Shown: piece by piece, positions 57,548 through 64,000 of the stretch | Numbering within the stretch: the first letter of the stretch is position 1 | Layout: each line of letters begins with the position of its first letter | Assembly: GCA_964406145.1 (NCBI GenBank) | Contig: CAYOQP010000001.1 | Location: 7,706-71,705 of the forward strand | Length of the DNA: 64,000 bases | Direction: 5' to 3' | DNA from: an uncultured Candidatus Saccharibacteria bacterium | GTDB lineage: Bacteria > Patescibacteriota > UBA1384 > XYA2-FULL-43-10 > 1-14-0-10-43-13 | Program-made: the position numbers and the translations under genes | Notes under the pieces: model-generated | What the model was told of the DNA's origin: nothing | Databases searched by the model: none | Seen by the model: the letters and a program-made list of their open reading frames with translations, nothing else

Positions 57548-59317
57548 TTACTTTTGGTAATCAAAATCAACTTTTATTTTCTTGGTCAGAAAAGAAGTTC
57601 TATTTAACAACTTTGGTGTAATCTTTAGTGATACAGATTCGACTCCCTCTATTTTCCCAAGATAGCTTACGGCATCTGTATAACTTCGATTTTTGACACC
57701 TTCTTTAATATTATCACTCGAAATCTTCGGACCAACTTTGCCCTTAAAATCAGCTGATATTTTGATCTTTCCTTCGGACATCGAGTCCTCAATCATCTCG
57801 TAGGTCAATTCTGTTTTGTCAGCATTGATTAGCATTTTGTCAGCAGTCAAATCTTGTCCCGTCAAATCACTCATGATTTTTCTTAAGTCATCCTCTTTAA
57901 ATCCAAGTGCCATAAGCTTCACTCTAGCAGTAATCTGAAACTTATCAGCCTCATCATTGATTTTTTTATTAGAATCTTGAGAGATTATTTCTACCGCAAT
58001 GTTCTTCTCGAATATTTTTAAGCTTTCTTCAGCCGCCTTATCGATCAAGCCTTGCTTGCCCTGAGTAGTTCCCTCTTCTTTGATCGTCACCTCAGCTTTG
58101 GCTAAATCTTCATCTGTTACAAAAGAAACGTTTTTAGTGACTCCACCAGTAAATGTAGTTTTACTACTTGCGGTTAATTGCCCAACCGTAAAAGTTGTAG
58201 CAGGGATGTTGTATTTGTCGCCATTTTCAGAAGCAATCACAGATGCGTCTACGACGCCGGGAATCGGATCACAAATAATATTAAGCTGGGCATCTTGATG
58301 ACATTTACTAATATCGGTCTGAGCAGTCTTTCCCGGAACCAATACTCCCTTTTCAATATAAAAAATTTTACCATCAGCAGCCGTGACCTTGGCACCAGGA
58401 GAAACCGTGATTGCTTTGGTGCTAACAGTATTAGAAATTGTAATTGTGCCATGTGCCTTTTCGCCGATATCCTTTTTGCCAGTCGAGTCAAATTCTTTGG
58501 TAATTGATTTCTCTACTTCGACAAGCTGTCCTGGGACAGCAAAAACAGCCGGATCAGCAATGGCCTGATTCTTATCGACAAAAATATTGCTCTTTTTCTC
58601 GACGTCACTAGTCTTTAATATTAAAGAGGCTTCAGTCGTAGGAATAAGGACATAAAAAGCCGCAGCAAGACCGACCAATACAATTGACGAAATTACAAGA
58701 AATGCTTTTCGGCTTCCTTCTGTTTTTATGTGTCGCTTTTCTTTCTTGTTTGGAGACATAACCACCATTTCCTCCTCTTCATTATCTTTTTTCACATCCA
58801 AAGCTTTCGCTTGTATTTCTGGCTCGGACTGTTCTTCATGTTCTTCTTCCGGAATTTCTTCCACTACTACTTCTTCCTCTGGCACAGATTCTTCAATCTG
58901 TTCTTCTGGCTCTTCTAGATCTGGGTCATCTTCTGGCTCCGGTTCTAGCTCAGAATCTTCAGTCATCTTGCTAAGATCATATTTTTTGTATCGATTTACT
59001 TTTAATGAAGAAGAAGTCGCCTCTTCAGCTTTGACCGGCACATTAAGACTCGCTTTCTCCGCTTCTGTAACCTTAGAGAAAACTTCAATCCCGACCTGAT
59101 CAGCGAGGTTATTAGTAATCTTATCTGAGCTCACTATACCTATGACCTTACCGTGATCAGATGCATTTCTTTTGAGCAATTTAAGATTGATGGTGCTTTG
59201 CGAAATCGAAGAGCCTCTAGGCACAACCAAAACAACTCCGGCTTCTTCGCTCTTACGAATCCGATCAATGACTTTTGTTATCTCTTCATCTGGCTCAAGA
59301 TAATAGACTTTATTCAT
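57548..59317 (-). CDS. Hypothetical bitopic membrane protein co-transcribed with ftsA: about 90-aa N-domain (STAS-like topology, tentative), acidic E-rich linker, TM, about 360-aa C-domain of unknown function
   Basis: 589 aa. N-domain VVLVVPRGSSISQSTINLKLLKRN...KVIGIVSSD...GIEVF. E/P-rich repeats. TM LVISSIVLVGLAAAFYVLI. Start overlaps the ftsA stop (ATGA). Occupies the position where ftsZ is normally found. Confidence 0.5.
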   Translation of the reverse strand: MNKVYYLEPDEEITKVIDRIRKSEEAGVVLVVPRGSSISQSTINLKLLKRNASDHGKVIGIVSSDKITNNLADQVGIEVFSKVTEAEKASLNVPVKAEEATSSSLKVNRYKKYDLSKMTEDSELEPEPEDDPDLEEPEEQIEESVPEEEVVVEEIPEEEHEEQSEPEIQAKALDVKKDNEEEEMVVMSPNKKEKRHIKTEGSRKAFLVISSIVLVGLAAAFYVLIPTTEASLILKTSDVEKKSNIFVDKNQAIADPAVFAVPGQLVEVEKSITKEFDSTGKKDIGEKAHGTITISNTVSTKAITVSPGAKVTAADGKIFYIEKGVLVPGKTAQTDISKCHQDAQLNIICDPIPGVVDASVIASENGDKYNIPATTFTVGQLTASSKTTFTGGVTKNVSFVTDEDLAKAEVTIKEEGTTQGKQGLIDKAAEESLKIFEKNIAVEIISQDSNKKINDEADKFQITARVKLMALGFKEDDLRKIMSDLTGQDLTADKMLINADKTELTYEMIEDSMSEGKIKISADFKGKVGPKISSDNIKEGVKNRSYTDAVSYLGKIEGVESVSLKITPKLLNRTSFLTKKIKVDFDYQK

Positions 59318-60564
59318 TTTCTTAATCCTTCAACAATTCGATCGAGCACTCCATCAACGACACCTTCGCTACCGGCTAAATCAATGGCTAAATTAGCTAA
59401 GGCCATAGGGGTAATGTCCTGAGAACCCTTCAATTTCCCTGTCTCATCGATAATTGAAGTCACCTGTTTTGGCTTGATAAAATCAACTTTCGGCTGTTTA
59501 GCAAATGGTAGATTTTTCGTCCATGAGCGCTTCTCGAGATAATCTTTGATCTCAGGAAGCAATGAGCCGCCGCCGCACAGCAATATCTTCGATGGCAAAA
59601 GCTCAACATTCGAGAAATCCTCTAAGGCCAATTCTACTCCGGAGAGCCAGACTTCACAATCGTTTTCAATTGCCTTCCTGATCTTGCTTCCAATCTCTGA
59701 ATCTTTCTCTATCTTACCCGCAGAATAGTCAAGTTTTAACTGTTCAGCATCAGCAAAAGGCTTGTCAAATGCATCAGCAATAGACTTAGTAAACACTCGT
59801 CCGCCGATCGCGAACATCTTTGTCCCCTCGACTCCTCCGGCTCGGACAACAGCAATGTCGGTCGTACCGCCACCGATATCAACAAAAATTGAGGAAAATT
59901 CAGAAGAATCCTCGAGACCAACACAGCGCGCAACAGCATATGGCTCAGCGGCAATGGAGAGTAAGTCTAGTTGCAAGTCCTCAGCAATAGTTTGCAAAGC
60001 ACCAAGATGAACGATTGGGGCAAAAGCATTGAATATTCCGACCTGAACATCGCGACCCTGAAAACCGACTGGATTTGTGATCTTGTAGCCGTCTATTCTG
60101 ACATCAACAACAGCAGAATTTACCAATCTGACGTCAAGCTCAGCCTGACCAGTTTCCCAAGCCAATTCACTTCTAGTGCGGTCGAAGGCGCGCTCTTGGA
60201 CTTGTTCGATAATATCTTTGAGCTCCTTAACAGTTATTTTTTCTTTTGATTCTTCGCGCTTGTAGTGAATGACGGTTGTTGTGCCTTTAACAAGCTCACC
60301 GGCAATACCAATAACACACTGACGTGGTGCTACTTTGGCTTCTTCAAAAGCCTGCGCCAGAGCTTTTTCGCAATTTTTGATCACACCAGAAATGTCAGTG
60401 ACTCGTCCGCCTTGCATATCAGAGAGCTGCTGCTTCTGGCGACCGACACCGATGACATGAGCGACGTCATCATCAATACGAAAAACCAGCACTTTGACAA
60501 ATTCAGTCCCGATGTCCAGTGCGATTGCATAGTTTTTCTTATTCTTTATTCCAAAAAGTCCCAC
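59314..60564 (-). CDS. ftsA: Cell-division protein FtsA
   Basis: 416 aa. Actin-fold motifs ALDIGTEFVKV and DIGGGTTDIAV. GTG start. Confidence 0.9.
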   Translation of the reverse strand: MGLFGIKNKKNYAIALDIGTEFVKVLVFRIDDDVAHVIGVGRQKQQLSDMQGGRVTDISGVIKNCEKALAQAFEEAKVAPRQCVIGIAGELVKGTTTVIHYKREESKEKITVKELKDIIEQVQERAFDRTRSELAWETGQAELDVRLVNSAVVDVRIDGYKITNPVGFQGRDVQVGIFNAFAPIVHLGALQTIAEDLQLDLLSIAAEPYAVARCVGLEDSSEFSSIFVDIGGGTTDIAVVRAGGVEGTKMFAIGGRVFTKSIADAFDKPFADAEQLKLDYSAGKIEKDSEIGSKIRKAIENDCEVWLSGVELALEDFSNVELLPSKILLCGGGSLLPEIKDYLEKRSWTKNLPFAKQPKVDFIKPKQVTSIIDETGKLKGSQDITPMALANLAIDLAGSEGVVDGVLDRIVEGLRK

Positions 60565-60633
60565 AAAAATCCCTCGCTTATAGGTATAGGACTATTATAT
60601 CAAATGAAAAAATTAATGCCAATAAAAACGGGA

Positions 60634-60656
60634 AGGCGGCCCGTCATGGGCCGCCT
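60634..60656 (-). terminator. GC-rich terminator hairpin overlapping the cdsA stop codon
   Basis: On the minus strand: AGGCGGCCC-ATGAC-GGGCCGCCT (9-bp perfect stem) followed by a T-rich tract. Confidence 0.5.
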
Positions 60657-61473
60657 AGAATCCGATCAAGCGGAAGAGAAGGTAAGCAACAGGAGCAGCA
60701 TAGATCATGCTGTCCAGTCTATCAAGCATTCCGCCATGGCCGGGGAAAATCCCTCCGGAATCCTTTTTGTGAAGATTCCGCTTCAGGAGCGATTCGACCA
60801 AGTCTCCGACCTGGCCAAAGACTCCAACGACTGGGCCCAATAGGACCAAAGTCGCTTTGTGTAGTAAGATGGCAAACACTGCCGCCATCAAGATCGCCGC
60901 TACGAAGCCAGCAACACAGCCGCCCACGGTCTTGCCAGCACTGATGTCTGGGCAAAGCTTGGCAGTCTGCAGTTTCCTGCCGATCAGGTAAGCGAAGATG
61001 TCTGTCGCCCAGATCGTAAAGAAAAAGGCGACCACGAGCATTGAGCCCGTACCGGTCTGAAAACCGAAGACAATACTCTCGCCCGGAATGGCACGGATTG
61101 CGGCGATAAAGCTCGGCAGTAATCCGATATACAGAACTAGCCTGACAGGATTGTCGGCCTTTAGGGCCAACTTACCCAGTACCAGTTCACCCCCAAGAGC
61201 CATCATAGTCACCAAAGCCGACAGGACAAGAACCACTTCGAAGCCACCAGTGATACAGGCATAACTAGTTGCATAAGCCGCAACGACAGTTATGACCGAG
61301 AACAACTTGATCGTCTCCGATTGACCTGCCATGTCGCAGTACTCGCTCACCATCATGACGACAGTGATGGCTATAAGAGCCAGAAAGAAATCTTGGTTAC
61401 CCAAGAATATTGATGCCACAGTTAGGGGGATCCCGATAACTGTGACGACTAATCTTGCCAGAAAAGTCTTCAT
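60655..61473 (-). CDS. cdsA: Phosphatidate cytidylyltransferase (CDP-diglyceride synthase), on GC-rich island 4
   Basis: 272 aa polytopic protein. C-terminal signature KRNLHKKDSGGIFPGHGGMLDRLDS. GC clearly elevated against both flanks. Confidence 0.85.
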   Translation of the reverse strand: MKTFLARLVVTVIGIPLTVASIFLGNQDFFLALIAITVVMMVSEYCDMAGQSETIKLFSVITVVAAYATSYACITGGFEVVLVLSALVTMMALGGELVLGKLALKADNPVRLVLYIGLLPSFIAAIRAIPGESIVFGFQTGTGSMLVVAFFFTIWATDIFAYLIGRKLQTAKLCPDISAGKTVGGCVAGFVAAILMAAVFAILLHKATLVLLGPVVGVFGQVGDLVESLLKRNLHKKDSGGIFPGHGGMLDRLDSMIYAAPVAYLLFRLIGF

Positions 61474-61543
61474 GGGGAAGACCCCTTGGACAGCGTGCCA
61501 TCCTAGTCACGACTTACGTCGGTGTCGTTGTTAGCGACACTGT

Positions 61544-61572
61544 ATAGTACAATAATTTGTTAATTTAGTCAA
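61544..61572 (-). promoter_or_regulatory. Sigma70-like promoter for cdsA, with a 5' UTR of about 70-80 nt containing small hairpins
   Basis: Minus strand: TTGACT, 17-nt spacer, TACTAT. Confidence 0.4.
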
Positions 61573-61619
61573 CTAAAAAAGCCATCAGGAAATGACTTTG
61601 TCGCATTCTCAACTGGTGA

Positions 61620-63308
61620 CTATTTCAAAACTGCTTTGATTCTTCTGACACCAGAAGACGAGCTCTCTTCCTTTTGAATTTTGAACTCACCGAGATCACT
61701 CGTGCGAATCACATGAGGTCCACCACAAATTTCTTTGGAAAAATTTCCTATCGTATAGACTCTGACTTTGTCGCCATATTTAGACTCGAAGACTCCCATC
61801 GCACCAGATTTCTTGGCCTCTTCGAGGGTCATTTCCATCATCTCCACAGGCAAATCTTCTTGTATTTTTTCATTAACAATTTTCTCAACTTTTTCGATCT
61901 GCTCAGATGTCAGCTTCTCCGGATATGAGAAGTCGAACCGCATTCTCTCGGCCGTAATATTCGAGCCTTTTTGGAAGACTTCGCCACCTAGCACCTCTCG
62001 AAGAGCCGCTAGAAGCAAGTGAGTCGCAGTATGATATTTGGTCGTCGCTTCGCCAGCCTCGGCCAATCCCCCCTTAAACATGCCTGCAGATGCCGTGCGA
62101 GAAAGCTCTTGATGCTTTTTGAATAATTCTTCATAGTCAGAAACGGCATTAACCTCCAGTTGAGACTTGAGCCGACCGATCTCTTCAAGCGATATCTCCG
62201 AAGGAATGCCAAATGACTGATATAGGTCGAAAAGATCCTTGCCCGAAACATGTGCTTTTGATTCCAAAATTTTCAGACCATCTTTCAGGGTTTTGCGAAA
62301 CTTTTCTTCCTCTTTATCAAGTTCGGAAATAACTAATTCGTCGTTAAATTCATAAACACCTTTATAGGTTTCAAAATATTCACGAGCCAAGATACTTGTG
62401 AAATTTTGTGAAATTCCAATCTGCTGACCCTTGACGATCGCTCGACGGATCAGTCGGCGCAAGACATAGCCCTTGTCTTTGTTGGCCGGGACAACGCCAT
62501 CATTGATAATAAATACGGCAGCCCTAATATGATCAAGAATAATGCGCTCAGCAGATATATCTTCTTTCTGCAACAATTCATGTAATTTCGAGTGAGCCTT
62601 GGCAAATAATTCTGTGTGATAGACGCTATCAAGCGGCTCGCCGGCATAGCAAAGCAATCGCTCTAGACCCATCCCGGTATCAACTCCCTGCTGTTCCGAG
62701 GACTCAAACTTCCCTGCTTTGAATATATATTCGTTGAAGACTAAGTTCCAAACCTCGACATCGTCAATGTAGAATTCGACTGTTGGTCCGCCAGGAGAAT
62801 TTTCCGTACCAAGTGACCAAAAATTGTCGTCAAAACCCTGTGGTACGACTTTACTTAGACCATCGATGCTTTCAAGGATTTTAAGTGATTCTTCATCCTT
62901 AGGCACTCCCCGCTCTCCGAAAAAATATGTAGCGTAGATGCGGCTTTTTTCTATTTTTAAAACTTCTGTTAAGAACTCCCAAGCCAAAAATATTGCCTCT
63001 TTTTTGAAATATGAACCATCATTTTTAGGATAACCAAAGGAAAAATTACCCAGCATTTCGAAAAATGTACAGTGTGTTTTGTCGCCGACTTCATCGATAT
63101 CGCCAGTCCGGACACATTTCTGACAGGTCGTGACTCTCGACTTTGGCGCCTCAGCTGGATTGGCATAGTAGTTTTTAAATTGTTGCATCCCAGCCGTGTT
63201 GAATAACACGGTTGGATCAGTTTCCAATGGCACCAAAGAAGCAGAAGGAAGCACCAAGTGCCCCTTCTCTTTGAAAAAATCAATAAATTGTTGCCTCAAA
63301 TCCATCAC
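61620..63308 (-). CDS. alaS: Alanyl-tRNA synthetase, short form (catalytic, tRNA-recognition and editing domains; no C-Ala domain)
   Basis: 562 aa. AlaRS N-terminus FF.EKGH..LPS.SLVP..D.T.LF..AGM..FK. Editing-domain H..TATHLLLAALREVLG motif near the C-terminus. Confidence 0.9.
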   Translation of the reverse strand: MMDLRQQFIDFFKEKGHLVLPSASLVPLETDPTVLFNTAGMQQFKNYYANPAEAPKSRVTTCQKCVRTGDIDEVGDKTHCTFFEMLGNFSFGYPKNDGSYFKKEAIFLAWEFLTEVLKIEKSRIYATYFFGERGVPKDEESLKILESIDGLSKVVPQGFDDNFWSLGTENSPGGPTVEFYIDDVEVWNLVFNEYIFKAGKFESSEQQGVDTGMGLERLLCYAGEPLDSVYHTELFAKAHSKLHELLQKEDISAERIILDHIRAAVFIINDGVVPANKDKGYVLRRLIRRAIVKGQQIGISQNFTSILAREYFETYKGVYEFNDELVISELDKEEEKFRKTLKDGLKILESKAHVSGKDLFDLYQSFGIPSEISLEEIGRLKSQLEVNAVSDYEELFKKHQELSRTASAGMFKGGLAEAGEATTKYHTATHLLLAALREVLGGEVFQKGSNITAERMRFDFSYPEKLTSEQIEKVEKIVNEKIQEDLPVEMMEMTLEEAKKSGAMGVFESKYGDKVRVYTIGNFSKEICGGPHVIRTSDLGEFKIQKEESSSSGVRRIKAVLK

Positions 63309-63988
63309 TATTTTTGACCCGAACTAAAGATATTTTGAAAAATTTGAACCCAGACGAATCCTCTAACTCGAGCATCCTCTTCTTCCTTCGGTGTTTCTCG
63401 AAGCTCGGAGCTGACATCTTTCTTTAGACCAAGCTCCTCACCGTACATCTCAGTGTAAACTCTTTGATAATTCTTGACTTTACGAACATAGGTCACAGTT
63501 TCACTCTTTGAATTGGAATTTATAACTCGATCGAAAATGTTTTGCCTAACCCAGCTATCGACAGTACCAGTGCCAGCATTATATCCAGCCAGTGCTTGAT
63601 CAACATCACCATTATATTTCAACAGCAAGTCTCGTATATGAGCAGCACCAAAATCTATCGAGGTTTCAGCATCAAAGATATCATAATTGGGATATCTTCC
63701 AGTCTCCTTCGCCATCGTCTTAGCCGTGCCAGGCATAAATTGCATCAAACCCTGAGCACCCGCACTTGATTTAGCGTTCGGATTAAAACGACTCTCCTGA
63801 AGAATAACGGCGGCAACCAAAGCCGGATCAACGTCGTACTTTGTGCTATATTTAACTATCAGATCAGCATATTTCAAAGGATAGACTTCATCGGCAAACA
63901 TTTTTGGTATCAGAAAGTACGCAGTCAACATAACTAAAATGACGACCGAAAAAACAGTAAAAATTAACTTCTTCTTTCTATTTGCCAT
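63308..63988 (-). CDS. Membrane-anchored lytic transglycosylase (SLT/GH23 domain)
   Basis: 226 aa. N-terminal TM. Catalytic ESRFNPNAKSSAGAQGLMQFMP and AGYNAG motifs. Confidence 0.8.
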   Translation of the reverse strand: MANRKKKLIFTVFSVVILVMLTAYFLIPKMFADEVYPLKYADLIVKYSTKYDVDPALVAAVILQESRFNPNAKSSAGAQGLMQFMPGTAKTMAKETGRYPNYDIFDAETSIDFGAAHIRDLLLKYNGDVDQALAGYNAGTGTVDSWVRQNIFDRVINSNSKSETVTYVRKVKNYQRVYTEMYGEELGLKKDVSSELRETPKEEEDARVRGFVWVQIFQNIFSSGQK

Positions 63989-64000
63989 GTTATCTCTTGC

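Noticed and set aside
58728-59099. Ser/Gly-rich 123-aa plus-strand ORF
   Set aside because: It is antisense to the acidic E/P-rich repeat region of the 589-aa minus-strand gene. The repeat complement artefactually stays open.
60265-60944. 192-aa and 141-aa plus-strand ORFs across the ftsA/cdsA junction
   Set aside because: They are antisense to well-supported ftsA and cdsA, span the intergenic terminator, and have no start signals.

Overview
This is a gene-dense, AT-rich (about 35-40% GC by eye) bacterial chromosome segment, mostly transcribed on the minus strand in long, tightly packed or overlapping operons. It has a streamlined, CPR/Patescibacteria-like character: minimal ProRS, AlaRS and UvrC, a fermentative glycolysis block, and a cytoplasmic group 3b [NiFe] hydrogenase. 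Content from left to right is as follows. There is a partial class II aldolase, then pgk. A four-gene hydBGDA-type [NiFe] hydrogenase operon follows on the plus strand, then an ABC transporter pair. Next come hypC (translationally abutting gap), gap, tpiA and a short UvrC. Island 1 follows, then proS, rseP and the frr-pyrH-tsf-rpsB block, then rpmE, prfA-prmC and htrA. Three small stress or membrane proteins precede gatB. An acidic protein and a membrane-anchored HEPN-like protein sit between gatB and a membrane-anchored cyclophilin. Two small membrane proteins follow, then gatA-gatC, a PHP phosphoesterase and ligA. A TrpR/YerC-like regulator, a DapF-fold protein and an unknown GC-elevated gene form one operon (island 2). 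An MBL hydrolase, a GC-rich non-coding stretch and a GC-rich FucI/AraA-like isomerase (island 3) come next. A long cell-envelope operon follows: ftsE-ftsX, a coiled-coil C39-like peptidase, ctpA, a P/S/T-rich membrane protein, lemA, a small membrane protein and an M48 peptidase. After that come gpmI, secA, hpf, serS, lysS, greA, pbp2-mreD-mreC-mreB, mltG and ruvX. A membrane protein of unknown function sits where ftsZ is expected after ftsA. The window ends with a GC-rich cdsA (island 4), a short alaS and a lytic transglycosylase. No rRNA, tRNA, CRISPR array, transposase or integrase was found. The most unusual signal is four sharply GC-enriched islands (about 50-62% GC) embedded in the AT-rich backbone. 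The islands carry unknown genes with their own AT-rich promoters, strong Shine-Dalgarno (SD) sequences and GC-rich terminators. All functional calls rest on motif-level reading of the translated ORFs; no database search was run.
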